A stretch of 64,000 nucleotides of DNA, from positions 7,894-71,893 of the forward strand of contig DAOQTX010000001.1 in NCBI GenBank assembly GCA_035340715.1. Reading direction: 5' to 3'. Positions 19,234 to 28,956 of the stretch are shown piece after piece (the first letter of the stretch is position 1; the number at the start of each line of letters is the position of its first letter). A program made the translations under genes and the position numbers. This DNA is from Bacteroidia bacterium. Lineage in GTDB: Bacteria > Bacteroidota > Bacteroidia > AKYH767-A > OLB10. The notes beneath the pieces were generated by a model. The model made no database searches. It saw only the letters and a list, made by a program, of their open reading frames with translations, and had not been told where the DNA came from.

Positions 19234-20058
19234 ATGAACAAAAAGTATCTTAAACTTCTTGCAGTTATTGTTGCCATTGCGCTCATCCCTCTAATCTATT
19301 TTCTACCCAAACAAAAAGTATCTGAAAAAGAACAGGTAACGAATGTAAATGATTTTGCATCCAACGATTTCGAAAGTCAGTTGTTGAGTAAAGCAGAATT
19401 AAAAGCACCTCCAATACTGACAAAAGAACTAAATCAAATTAAAGATTCGATTAAAAGTTCTGGATGTGATCAATATGTTGCATTGGCTAATAAATGGCTG
19501 GAATATCAACGCTATGGAATTGCTGCCATGTATTTTGAAAAATGCAGTAATAACGGAAGAGATACTTTGATTTCGCTCGCAGCTGAAAACTATTTAGAAG
19601 CTTTGCGTTTTAGTCAAGACTCTCTAGAAATGAGACATTATGGTTCGAAAGCCATTCAATCATTTCAAAAATATTTAGACTCTGACACATCAAATCTGGA
19701 TATAAAAACGTCTTTGGCTGTAGCTATGGTTGAGAGTGGACAAAACCCAATGCAAGGAATAATGTTATTACGAGAGGTGTTGGCCACCGATCCGGATAAT
19801 GCAAATGCCTTAATAAATATGGGTTTTTTCTCTATACGCAGTGGACAATACGAAAAAGCCATAGAACGCTTTGAACATTTGCTAAAAACCGACCCATCAA
19901 GGATAGAAGTTTATCTCTATTTGGGAGAATCATATCAACAAATTGGCAATAAAAATGAGGCTATTAGGCAATTTAATCTGTTTTTACAGTATTCTGATGA
20001 TGAAGACCTTAAAACAGAGGTAAAATCTTATATTAATCAAATAAAAAACAACCTCTAG
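19234..20058 (+). CDS. TPR repeat protein with N-terminal membrane anchor
   Basis: N-terminal TM helix followed by several 34-residue TPR-like repeats (AIERFEHLLKTDPSRIEVYLYLGESYQQIGNKNEAI). Confidence 0.55.
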   Translation: MNKKYLKLLAVIVAIALIPLIYFLPKQKVSEKEQVTNVNDFASNDFESQLLSKAELKAPPILTKELNQIKDSIKSSGCDQYVALANKWLEYQRYGIAAMYFEKCSNNGRDTLISLAAENYLEALRFSQDSLEMRHYGSKAIQSFQKYLDSDTSNLDIKTSLAVAMVESGQNPMQGIMLLREVLATDPDNANALINMGFFSIRSGQYEKAIERFEHLLKTDPSRIEVYLYLGESYQQIGNKNEAIRQFNLFLQYSDDEDLKTEVKSYINQIKNNL

Positions 20059-20072
20059 AGCCGAGGAAATTA

Positions 20073-20080
20073 TATATTTG
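20073..20080 (+). promoter_or_regulatory. Bacteroidetes -7 promoter element (TATATTTG) upstream of the unlisted microprotein ORF
   Basis: Matches TAnnTTTG, 38 nt upstream of the ATG at 20119. Confidence 0.35.
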
Positions 20081-20118
20081 CAGTCCCGAATTTGAAACTA
20101 ATTAATTTTTTATAGATC

Positions 20119-20208
20119 ATGCCAAGCGGTAAGAAGAGAAAACGACATAAAATGGCTACGCATAAGCGTAAAAAAAGGCTTAGAAAAAACAGGCATAAAA
20201 AGAAATAA
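20119..20208 (+). CDS. 29-aa highly basic microprotein, ribosomal protein bS22-like (MPSGKKRKRHKMATHKRKKRLRKNRHKKK). Not in the supplied ORF track.
   Basis: ATG at 20119, stop TAA at 20206-20208. 19 of 29 residues are K/R/H. Pattern resembles the small basic bS22 protein recalled from actinobacterial and Bacteroidetes ribosome structures. Has its own -7 motif. Confidence 0.45.
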   Translation: MPSGKKRKRHKMATHKRKKRLRKNRHKKK

Positions 20209-20384
20209 TCTTTTTGTACACCAGCCTGCCTGTAATCTGCTGAATTATAGTTGCTTAACTTTAGGGTTATTGAGTAAAATCCTGCTTTTTTACAAAACCC
20301 CTATCGTAAAATTTTCGTTAAACAGATGTTGAAACCAACATGATGTGACGCTTTTTAATGGATTCAAATATTGAAGGCAATTAA

Positions 20385-21938
20385 GTGAATAATGAATTGA
20401 TAATAAATGCAAGTGGTTCGGATGTAACCATTGCATTGATGCAGGATAAACGTCTTTTAGAACTAAACAGAGATAAAAAAGAACACAAATTCTCTGTTGG
20501 TGATATCTATTTAGGTAAGGTCAAAAAAATAATGCCGGGGCTTAATGCTGCCTTTGTTGATGTAGGATATAATAAAGATGCCTTTTTACATTATTTTGAT
20601 CTCGGTCCGCAAATAAAATCGCTTTTAAAGTTTACTAAACTTGCAACCAATCAAAAACTAAATTCATCACTGCTCGATGATTTTGAGTTGGAATCAGATA
20701 TAATAAAAACGGGTAAGATGTCTGATGTATTGAGTGCGAATCAATGGATACCTGTACAAATTGCCAAAGAACCCATTTCTTCTAAGGGACCTCGCTTGAG
20801 TTCAGAGTTTTCTTTAGCAGGTAGATATATTGTATTGGTACCATTCTCGAACATCGTTTCTATTTCGCAAAAAATAAAAAGTTCAGAAGAGCGAAGTCGC
20901 TTAAAGCGTTTGGCAACGAGCATTAAGCCTAAAAACTTCGGCATCATTATTCGAACCGTTGCCAGTGGTAAAAAAGTTGCCGAATTGGATAACGATATCC
21001 GTGACTTAATGGTGAAGTGGAATACATTGTATCAAAAGCTATGTAAAGCAAAACCAAATCATCGACTATTGGGAGAAATGGATCGTACCACAACTATTTT
21101 AAGAGATTCTCTCAACCCAAATTTCAACGCTATTCATGTTGATGATAATGATTTGGCAGAAGAGATTAAAAATTATATCAAAACCATAGCACCCGAGCAA
21201 GAGAGCATTGTTAAGCATTTCAAAGGTCGCAATCATATATTCGATCATTTTGGAGTTAACAAACAAATCAAAAATCTTTTTGGGAAAACCGTAAATATGA
21301 CAGGTGGAACCTATCTGGTTATTGAGCATACGGAGGCATTGCATGTTATTGATGTTAACAGTGGCGGCAGAAAAGCTAAAGGTGAATCGGATAGTCAAAG
21401 CAATGCCATCAACGTAAACAAAATAGCAGCAAAAGAAATTGCTCGACAACTTCGATTGCGTGATATGGGAGGCATTATCGTAGTTGATTTTATCGACATG
21501 CACAATGCAGCTCACAAGAAAGATCTTTTTCAAACCATTAAAAATGAGCTAAAGGAAGACAAAGCCAAACACAGTGTTTTACCACCAAGTAAATTTGGCT
21601 TAGTTCAAATTACCCGTCAACGGGTTCGACCTGAAACTAATATTACCACTGTAGAAAAGTGTCCGGCCTGCAAGGGAAGTGGAGAAGTAAAAGCTACGGT
21701 GTTATTTATTGATGAAATAGAAAACAATATTCGCTACTTAGTTGAAGATCAAAACGAGAAGAATTTTTCTATTACCGTTCATCCATATATTGCAGCATAT
21801 ATCCTTAAAGGATTCTTCTCACTGCGATACAAATGGTATATGAAATATAAACGGTGGATCAACGTTAAAGCCGATAATTCATATCACATGCTGCAATACC
21901 ATTTCTTCAATAAAAACGGAGAAGAAATAATAATCTAA
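20385..21938 (+). CDS. rng: Ribonuclease G (RNase E/G family)
   Basis: N-terminal S1 domain (GDIYLGKVKKIMPGLNAAFVDVG). RNase E/G catalytic core (HVIDVNSG...IVVDFIDM). Size 517 aa fits RNase G. Confidence 0.8.
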   Translation: MNNELIINASGSDVTIALMQDKRLLELNRDKKEHKFSVGDIYLGKVKKIMPGLNAAFVDVGYNKDAFLHYFDLGPQIKSLLKFTKLATNQKLNSSLLDDFELESDIIKTGKMSDVLSANQWIPVQIAKEPISSKGPRLSSEFSLAGRYIVLVPFSNIVSISQKIKSSEERSRLKRLATSIKPKNFGIIIRTVASGKKVAELDNDIRDLMVKWNTLYQKLCKAKPNHRLLGEMDRTTTILRDSLNPNFNAIHVDDNDLAEEIKNYIKTIAPEQESIVKHFKGRNHIFDHFGVNKQIKNLFGKTVNMTGGTYLVIEHTEALHVIDVNSGGRKAKGESDSQSNAINVNKIAAKEIARQLRLRDMGGIIVVDFIDMHNAAHKKDLFQTIKNELKEDKAKHSVLPPSKFGLVQITRQRVRPETNITTVEKCPACKGSGEVKATVLFIDEIENNIRYLVEDQNEKNFSITVHPYIAAYILKGFFSLRYKWYMKYKRWINVKADNSYHMLQYHFFNKNGEEIII

Positions 21939-21997
21939 GCATTACTTTTTGTTTAAAAAGCGTATTGCAGAGTCAGCTGATCTTTGCTTTTCTTTGG

Positions 21998-22005
21998 TAT
22001 TTTTG
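21998..22005 (+). promoter_or_regulatory. Bacteroidetes -7 promoter element (TATTTTTG) upstream of the PBP1a gene
   Basis: Matches TAnnTTTG, 16 nt upstream of the ATG at 22022. Confidence 0.3.
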
Positions 22006-22021
22006 TTAGCCGTATTACATT

Positions 22022-24244
22022 ATGGGAATTGCACAAAAAAATACTCGAAAATATATTAGCATTCTTTGGCTGATTTTGGTTGGTCCATTGGTTGGTCTAA
22101 CATTGCTAATATTTATGATCAGTTGGGGATTGTTTGGACCACTCCCAACATTTGAAGACCTAGAAAATCCAAAAAGCAATTTAGCATCAGTTATTTATTC
22201 TTCCGACCAAGAAGTTATAGGTAAATACTATTTCCAAAATCGTACCAATACGAAATACGGTGAACTTTCACCCAATCTTGTAAATGCTTTGTTGGCCACT
22301 GAAGATATAAGATATGAGGATCATACTGGTATTGACGTTCGTGGATTGATGCGTGTATTATTCAAAACTATATTGCTGCAACAAAAAAGTAGTGGAGGTG
22401 GTAGCACATTAACACAACAGTTGGCAAAAAATTTATTCCCTAGAAACGATAGTCAAAATAAATTAAGTTTTATTGGAACTAAACTTAAAGAATGGATAAC
22501 GGCTATAAAGCTTGAACGCAATTATACCAAAGAAGAAATAATGGCTATGTACCTAAACACTGTAGAGTTTGGAAGTAATGCATATGGTATAAAAAGTGCT
22601 GCTCAAATTTTTTATAATGTAAAGCCCTCCGAACTCAGTGTAGTTCAATCGGCAGTATTGGTTGGTCTATTAAAAGCACCTACCTATTATAGTCCTGTCC
22701 GCAATCCTGAAAACAGCACCAACAGGCGGAATACAGTTTTGGCACAAATGGAGAAGTATGAGTTCATCACTAAAGCAGAATTTGATAGCCTTTCCGCTTT
22801 ACCATTAGGACTGGAATATAAAGCAGATGATCATAATACCGGTTTAGCAACTTACTTTAGAGAAGTACTGCGATTGGAACTTAATAAATGGTGCAAAGAC
22901 CATTTGAAAGCCGATGGACAACCCTACAATATTTATAGAGATGGTTTAAAAATATATACCACCATTGACTCACGAATGCAGCGCTATGCTGAAGAGGCCG
23001 TTAAAGAACAAATGACCGATTTACAGAAAACTTTTGACGCACATTGGAAAGGAAAGACTGCTTGGAAAGATCAGCCTCAAATAATTACCGATGCCGTTAA
23101 AAACACCGACCGTTATCGCGAATACAAGAAAGAAGGTTTAAGTGATAAAGAAATTAATAAGTTGTTTGATGAAAAGGTTGAAATGAAAGTTTTTTCATGG
23201 CAGGGCGACAAGGACACGCTAATGAGTCCTTTAGATAGCATTAAGTATTACAAAATGTTTCTTCAAACCGGATTTATGGCTATGGAACCACAAACCGGTT
23301 ATGTAAAAGCTTGGGTTGGTGGAAACGATTACAATTATTTCAAATACGATCATGTGAAAGAAGGGCGAAGACAAGTTGGATCTACCTTTAAACCATTTCT
23401 CTATACATTAGCTATTCAAGAAGGATATTCTCCTTGTTATAAAGTTTCGAATGTGCCGGTTACCATCAATTTGGAAGATGGCAATACCTGGACTCCAAAA
23501 AATTCGGATGGAAAATATGGCGGCATGCTTTCACTAAAAGAAGCTCTTGCTGAATCGGTAAATACCATCTCGGCATACCTTATAAAACAATTTGGTCCTA
23601 CACCGGTGATTGAACTTGCCACAAAAATGGGACTAAAAGGACCCATGGATGCAGTACCTTCTATAGCCCTAGGCACTCCTGATGTTTCGTTAATGGAAAT
23701 GGTTGGAGCTTATGGAACTTTTGCCAACAAGGGTGTATGGACACAGCCGATTTACATTACCCGTATTGAAGATAAAAATGGAGTAGTTCTTCAAGAGTTT
23801 ATTCCCCGACAAGTAGAAGCGATCAGCGAAGAAACAGCCTATATTACACTCAATCTTTTACAAGGTGTAGTTCAGTACGGAACCGGAGTTCGCCTCCGTT
23901 ATAAATATAACTTGGCAAATCCTATTGCCGGAAAAACAGGAACCAGTCAGAACAATAGCGATGGATGGTTTATGGGAATCACTCCGGACTTAGTTGGCGG
24001 AGCTTGGGTGGGTTGTGAAGATCGTTCAATACATTTCCGGTCCACCTCTTTAGGTCAAGGAGCTAATACAGCCCTGCCGATTTGGGCTTTGTTCATGAAA
24101 AAAGTTTATTCTGATAAACAAATCACCATAAGCACTGGCGAATTTGAGAAACCCCAAAAGCCACTTTCCATTGAACTGAACTGCGACCGATACAAAGAAG
24201 CCATAAGCTCTCCTGAATCAGGTGGCAATAACTTTGGTTTTTAA
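22022..24244 (+). CDS. mrcA: Penicillin-binding protein 1A (bifunctional glycosyltransferase/transpeptidase)
   Basis: Signal anchor. GT51 motifs (EDIRYEDHTGID, GGSTLTQQLAKN). Transpeptidase motifs (STFKP, SxN, KTGT: AGKTGTSQ). Confidence 0.85.
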   Translation: MGIAQKNTRKYISILWLILVGPLVGLTLLIFMISWGLFGPLPTFEDLENPKSNLASVIYSSDQEVIGKYYFQNRTNTKYGELSPNLVNALLATEDIRYEDHTGIDVRGLMRVLFKTILLQQKSSGGGSTLTQQLAKNLFPRNDSQNKLSFIGTKLKEWITAIKLERNYTKEEIMAMYLNTVEFGSNAYGIKSAAQIFYNVKPSELSVVQSAVLVGLLKAPTYYSPVRNPENSTNRRNTVLAQMEKYEFITKAEFDSLSALPLGLEYKADDHNTGLATYFREVLRLELNKWCKDHLKADGQPYNIYRDGLKIYTTIDSRMQRYAEEAVKEQMTDLQKTFDAHWKGKTAWKDQPQIITDAVKNTDRYREYKKEGLSDKEINKLFDEKVEMKVFSWQGDKDTLMSPLDSIKYYKMFLQTGFMAMEPQTGYVKAWVGGNDYNYFKYDHVKEGRRQVGSTFKPFLYTLAIQEGYSPCYKVSNVPVTINLEDGNTWTPKNSDGKYGGMLSLKEALAESVNTISAYLIKQFGPTPVIELATKMGLKGPMDAVPSIALGTPDVSLMEMVGAYGTFANKGVWTQPIYITRIEDKNGVVLQEFIPRQVEAISEETAYITLNLLQGVVQYGTGVRLRYKYNLANPIAGKTGTSQNNSDGWFMGITPDLVGGAWVGCEDRSIHFRSTSLGQGANTALPIWALFMKKVYSDKQITISTGEFEKPQKPLSIELNCDRYKEAISSPESGGNNFGF

Positions 24245-24313
24245 ACTACAGCAGATATTTTTATTACATTACCAACTGTACTATTTTTACCCTTCTAATA
24301 GGAAATTTCGATC

Positions 24314-25012
24314 ATGAACAAAGTTGTAGAAAACGCTCTTGAAGCCATTAAAGGAATAGAAAACAACATGACCATTTTGTTTGGTGGCTTTGGCCTCTGT
24401 GGCATTCCCGAGCACTGTATAGCGGAACTTCAAAAAACTGAAATCACCGGTTTAACTTGCATCTCAAACAATGCAGGTGTTGATGATTTTGGATTAGGAT
24501 TATTGTTGAAGAAGAAGCAAATAAAAAAAATGATTTCATCATATGTGGGAGAGAATGCGGAGTTTGAAAGACAAATGCTCTCCGGTGAATTGGAAGTTGA
24601 ATTGATACCTCAGGGTACTTTAGCTACTCGATGTTTGGCAGCAGGATACGGAATGCCTGCAATATTTACTCCAGCTGGTGTAGGAACAGAAGTTGCCGAA
24701 GGAAAAGAAATCCGGAACTTCAATGGAAAAGACTATCTCTTAGAATATGCATTCGATGCAGATTTTGCAATTGTAAAGGCATGGAAAGGTGATCCCCATG
24801 GGAATTTAATTTTCAAAGGCACTGCCCGAAACTTCAACCCACTTATGGCAATGGCAGGAAAGATCACCATTGCCGAAGTTGAAGAACTTTTACCTGCAGG
24901 AGAATTAGACCCAAATCAAATTCAGGTGCCGGGAATTTTTGTAAATAGAATTTTCAAAGGCGCATCTTTTGAAAAAAGAATTGAGCAACGAACTACATTA
25001 CCAAGAAATTAA
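24314..25012 (+). CDS. scoA: 3-oxoacid CoA-transferase subunit A
   Basis: CoA-transferase family I alpha-subunit motifs (FGGFGLCGIPE, glutaconate-CoA-transferase fold). Confidence 0.8.
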   Translation: MNKVVENALEAIKGIENNMTILFGGFGLCGIPEHCIAELQKTEITGLTCISNNAGVDDFGLGLLLKKKQIKKMISSYVGENAEFERQMLSGELEVELIPQGTLATRCLAAGYGMPAIFTPAGVGTEVAEGKEIRNFNGKDYLLEYAFDADFAIVKAWKGDPHGNLIFKGTARNFNPLMAMAGKITIAEVEELLPAGELDPNQIQVPGIFVNRIFKGASFEKRIEQRTTLPRN

Positions 25013-25016
25013 ACTT

Positions 25017-25679
25017 ATGGCATTAGATAAAAACGGAATAGCTAAACGCATTGCTAAAGAATTGAAAGATGGATATTATGTAAATCTGGGTATAGGCATA
25101 CCTACATTAGTTGCCAACTTTATACCCGATGGAATGAACGTAGTCCTTCAATCCGAAAACGGTTTATTGGGAATGGGCCCATTTCCATTTGAAGGAGATG
25201 AAGATGCTGACATCATAAATGCAGGTAAACAAACCATTACTACAGTAGCCGGATCAGCTTTCTTCGATTCGGCATTAAGTTTTGGAATGATTCGAAGTGG
25301 ACGAGTTGACCTAACCGTTTTGGGTGCAATGGAAGTAAGCGAAAATGGCGACATTGCCAATTGGAAAATACCTGGTAAAATGGTTAAAGGAATGGGAGGC
25401 GCAATGGATCTAGTAGCTTCGGCTAAGAACATTATTGTAGCTATGCAACACGTAAACAAAAAAGGAGAAAGTAAATTATTGCCGTCCTGTACTTTACCCA
25501 TTACTGGATTAAAATGCGTTAAGCGGATCGTAACCGAATTAGCCGTATTGGATATACTCCCCGAAGGAGGGTTTGCCTTATTGGAGAGAGCTCCGGGAAT
25601 TAGTGTAGAAGAAATTAAAAATGCAACAGCCGGGAAACTTATTATCCATGGAGAAATACCAGAAATCTCTTTAAATTAA
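25017..25679 (+). CDS. scoB: 3-oxoacid CoA-transferase subunit B. Start moved to ATG 25017; the ORF track starts at 24969.
   Basis: Typical beta-subunit N-terminus (MALDKNGIAKRIAKELKDGYYVNLGIGIPT). Catalytic Glu region (SENG). The 25017 start removes the overlap with scoA. Confidence 0.8.
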   Translation: MALDKNGIAKRIAKELKDGYYVNLGIGIPTLVANFIPDGMNVVLQSENGLLGMGPFPFEGDEDADIINAGKQTITTVAGSAFFDSALSFGMIRSGRVDLTVLGAMEVSENGDIANWKIPGKMVKGMGGAMDLVASAKNIIVAMQHVNKKGESKLLPSCTLPITGLKCVKRIVTELAVLDILPEGGFALLERAPGISVEEIKNATAGKLIIHGEIPEISLN

Positions 25680-26426
25680 ATGACCACTCAACCTGACTTT
25701 GTTTACAAAGAAATAGATAGCGAAGGGCATGATACCTTAGATGTAATCGCTTTGGCCGATAACTTCAATCGTTGGATGTACGACACGATACATCCTTTTT
25801 GCAAAGGTGATATTTTGGAGATTGGAAGTGGAACAGGAAATATTTCAACTTTCTTTCTCAATAACAACGAGTCCATATTTCTTTCGGATATTAGAGATTC
25901 ATATTGCGAAATTCTTCAGCAAAAGTTTAATACACATTCTAATCTACTAGGCGTTCAAAACATTGATTTAATCGACCCCCTATTTGATAAAAAATTTGAA
26001 AATCATTTGAATCGATACGATACTGTTTTTGCTTTGAATGTGGTGGAGCACATTGAAGACGATTTGTTGGCCATCGCCAATTGCAAAAAAATGCTCCGAA
26101 AAAATGGTCATCTCATAATCCTCGTACCTGCATATCAATTTCTTTACAATCGTTTCGACAAAGAATTGTTTCATTACAGAAGGTACAACAAGCAATCGTT
26201 GGCGTCATTGTTTTTAAAAAACAATCTTGAACTTAGAAAACAAATGTATTTTAATGCCTTGGGTATAGCGGGTTGGTTTGTCAGTGGCAAACTTATGCGA
26301 AAGAAAATTATACCAAAAGGACAAATGTCCTTCTATAACAAAATAGTCCCTATCGCAAAAATTCTTGATTTTGTGCTTTTAAAAAAGATTGGATTATCCG
26401 TAATTAGTATTGGTCGAAAAAGTTGA
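25680..26426 (+). CDS. Class I SAM-dependent methyltransferase
   Basis: Motif I ([12 protein letters not shown]). Post-I acidic residue. Motif II region ([10 protein letters not shown]). Confidence 0.6.
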   Translation: MTTQPDFVYKEIDSEGHDTLDVIALADNFNRWMYDTIHPFCKGDILEIGSGTGNISTFFLNNNESIFLSDIRDSYCEILQQKFNTHSNLLGVQNIDLIDPLFDKKFENHLNRYDTVFALNVVEHIEDDLLAIANCKKMLRKNGHLIILVPAYQFLYNRFDKELFHYRRYNKQSLASLFLKNNLELRKQMYFNALGIAGWFVSGKLMRKKIIPKGQMSFYNKIVPIAKILDFVLLKKIGLSVISIGRKS

Positions 26427-26428
26427 AT

Positions 26429-28951
26429 ATGAAGTTCGAGAAACTATCAATTGTAATTCCTGCCTATAACGAAGGCAAAACCATTCATCTTATATTAGAT
26501 AAGATAAAACAAGTAGAGTTGTTGAATGGTATCTCGAAAGAAATTATCATTGTTAACGACTGCTCAACCGACAATACCAGTGAAGCTATTCAATCCTATA
26601 TGAAACAGAATGAGGCACTCAATATTCGACTTCATAATCAGGAATATAATCAGGGAAAGGGGGCTGCTTTACATCAAGGGATTAAACTGGCTACAGGCGA
26701 TTACGTTATTATACAAGATGCCGATTTAGAGTACGATCCTCAAGAGTATAATCTTTTGATTAAGCCGGTGTTGGATGGTTTTGCAGATATTGTTTACGGC
26801 TCAAGATTTTTGGGAGGAAATGCACATCGAATATTATTTTTCTGGCATACGATCGGGAATAAATTCTTAACCTTCTTGTCCAATATGTTCACTAATCTGA
26901 ATTTAAGTGACATGGAGACCTGTTATAAAATGTTCAGAAGAGATATTATACAATCGCTCGAATTAAAAGAAAAAAGATTTGGATTCGAGCCCGAAGTGAC
27001 TGCAAAGATTGCTCGTGTAAAAGATGTTAGAATTTATGAAGTGGGCATTTCGTATTATGGAAGAACTTTTGCAGAAGGCAAGAAGATTGGATGGAAGGAT
27101 GGTTTTAGAGCCATTTATTGTATTATTAAATACAACTTTCGCCATTTCCGGATTTTCAAACATTTCTCTTCTTTTATTATTGCACTTTGTCTGTTGATAG
27201 GTACAATGTATGCCTATAAAAACAGAGTTGTAGGATGGGATAAAGAACAATATAAAACCATCATCACTGCTGATGGACGAGGGTATTATCTTTACCTTCC
27301 AGCTATTTTCATCTATAATGACCTTCAATATTCATTTATTGAGCCCATTGAGAAATCACTCGGATATTCGCATTATGCAGCAGATTACTTAATTAATCTG
27401 GATAAAAAAAAAATTAATCTCTACCCTCTAGGACTTGCCATACTTTGGTTTCCTTTTTTTTTAATCGCGTACTTCTTAAGTTTTCTACTTGGCTTTCCAC
27501 TAGACGGCTATAGCTTTCTGTTCCAGGTTTCAATTGTAGGCGCTGCTTTATTTTATGTGGGCCTGGGTCTTATATTCCTAAAAAAACTAATTCGATCATT
27601 TATTCAGTCCGAAATTATTACCGGCTTCGCTGTTGGTTTTATTTTCCTTGCAACCAATCTGTTTTATTATACCACCATTGAATGCAGTATGACGCATGCA
27701 TATAGTTTTTCCCTAATTAGTATTTGGAGTTACCTTTTGTATTCATTGTCGAAAACATTTTCTTCCAAAAAAATGTTGCTCTCCGCATTACTTTTAGGTT
27801 TAATCTTTACCATTCGTCCATCCAATGTTTTTATATGTGCCTTTATTCCTTTTCTTGCCGGCACACCACAACTGTTTAGAAATTTAATTATAAAAGTTTT
27901 TTTTAGTGTTGGGAATCTCTTACGCGCTATACTATTTGTACTATTGGTTCCAATACTGCAAATGATATTTTGGAAAATTCAAAGCGGTAGTTTTTTTATA
28001 GATACTTATTCTCTTTTAAATTTATCCTTAGATTTTTCTAAACCGCATATTGGACAAATTTTAGTGAGTTATAGAAAAGGGCTTTTCGTTTACACGCCAA
28101 TCTTATTCATCTCACTGCTCGGTTTTATAAAACTATTCCGTTCCAAGAACTGGTTTTCGTTTATTTCTTTGCTTGTAGCACTATCTATTATTATTTATGT
28201 GGTTTCCTCTTGGCCTATTTGGTGGTATGGTGGCAGTTATGGAATGCGCCCCATGATAGATATATATGTTTTCTTTGGTTTGCTCCTGGCTTTTGCTTTC
28301 TCCTGGAAGTCTAAAGTTTTTAAAGCTCTCCTTATTGGAATGTGCAGCGTATTAATGGTCGTAAACTTTATTCAAATGTATCAATACCGAAGTTATATTA
28401 TGCATTGGATAGACATGAATAAAGCATCCTATTGGAAGATCTTTTTAAAAACTGACGATTCCTATAAAGGAATATTATACAATAAGAAAAACACGCTCGA
28501 AGTAGGAGATCGAAAAGAATTTGCACGATGGAAAAATTCCTTTGATGCAGAAAATGTTTGGGGCAATTCTCATACACTCTCTTCAGTGTACTCATCTTCA
28601 GCTCCAAATTCGGTTTTACTATCCACTATAAATACTTACAGCCCCACACTAATCATTCCACGATCAGATTTGGGAGATAGCACAGTGGTACTTCAGGTGT
28701 CTTGTAAAGTGATGGTAAAATCCAATCAACATCTTAGCAGTATTGTAGTATCTACTGAAGATGGGACCTCAAGCCTTTATTATGATGCTTTTGCATTAAA
28801 CTCTATAGCTCCATCCAATTCATGGAACGATGTATCGGCTAAATTCTTTGTGCCAAGAAAAGAATTAGAAAATGAATTTGTAAAGATATATTTCTATTGC
28901 ACCGAAGGTGAGTTGTATGTGGATGATGTTGAAGTGATCGGTTATCGATAA
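26429..28951 (+). CDS. Fusion protein. N-terminal GT2 (GtrB/DPM1-like polyprenol-phosphate glycosyltransferase), central polytopic membrane domain of about 11-13 TM helices, and a C-terminal beta-rich periplasmic domain of about 190 aa.
   Basis: GT2 motifs ([30 protein letters not shown]). Residues about 240-660 are nearly all hydrophobic helices. C-terminal 180 aa are soluble. ATG 26429 preferred over the ORF-track TTG at 26423. Stop TGA of the methyltransferase lies 3 nt before the start. Confidence 0.65.
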   Translation: MKFEKLSIVIPAYNEGKTIHLILDKIKQVELLNGISKEIIIVNDCSTDNTSEAIQSYMKQNEALNIRLHNQEYNQGKGAALHQGIKLATGDYVIIQDADLEYDPQEYNLLIKPVLDGFADIVYGSRFLGGNAHRILFFWHTIGNKFLTFLSNMFTNLNLSDMETCYKMFRRDIIQSLELKEKRFGFEPEVTAKIARVKDVRIYEVGISYYGRTFAEGKKIGWKDGFRAIYCIIKYNFRHFRIFKHFSSFIIALCLLIGTMYAYKNRVVGWDKEQYKTIITADGRGYYLYLPAIFIYNDLQYSFIEPIEKSLGYSHYAADYLINLDKKKINLYPLGLAILWFPFFLIAYFLSFLLGFPLDGYSFLFQVSIVGAALFYVGLGLIFLKKLIRSFIQSEIITGFAVGFIFLATNLFYYTTIECSMTHAYSFSLISIWSYLLYSLSKTFSSKKMLLSALLLGLIFTIRPSNVFICAFIPFLAGTPQLFRNLIIKVFFSVGNLLRAILFVLLVPILQMIFWKIQSGSFFIDTYSLLNLSLDFSKPHIGQILVSYRKGLFVYTPILFISLLGFIKLFRSKNWFSFISLLVALSIIIYVVSSWPIWWYGGSYGMRPMIDIYVFFGLLLAFAFSWKSKVFKALLIGMCSVLMVVNFIQMYQYRSYIMHWIDMNKASYWKIFLKTDDSYKGILYNKKNTLEVGDRKEFARWKNSFDAENVWGNSHTLSSVYSSSAPNSVLLSTINTYSPTLIIPRSDLGDSTVVLQVSCKVMVKSNQHLSSIVVSTEDGTSSLYYDAFALNSIAPSNSWNDVSAKFFVPRKELENEFVKIYFYCTEGELYVDDVEVIGYR

Positions 28952-28956
28952 ACGAT

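Noticed and set aside
20209-20384. Intergenic regions (here and elsewhere) scanned for tRNA-like GGTTCGAnT T-loop and acceptor-stem patterns
   Set aside because: No candidate with a cloverleaf-compatible arrangement was found. The only GGTTCGA-like strings are inside coding regions.
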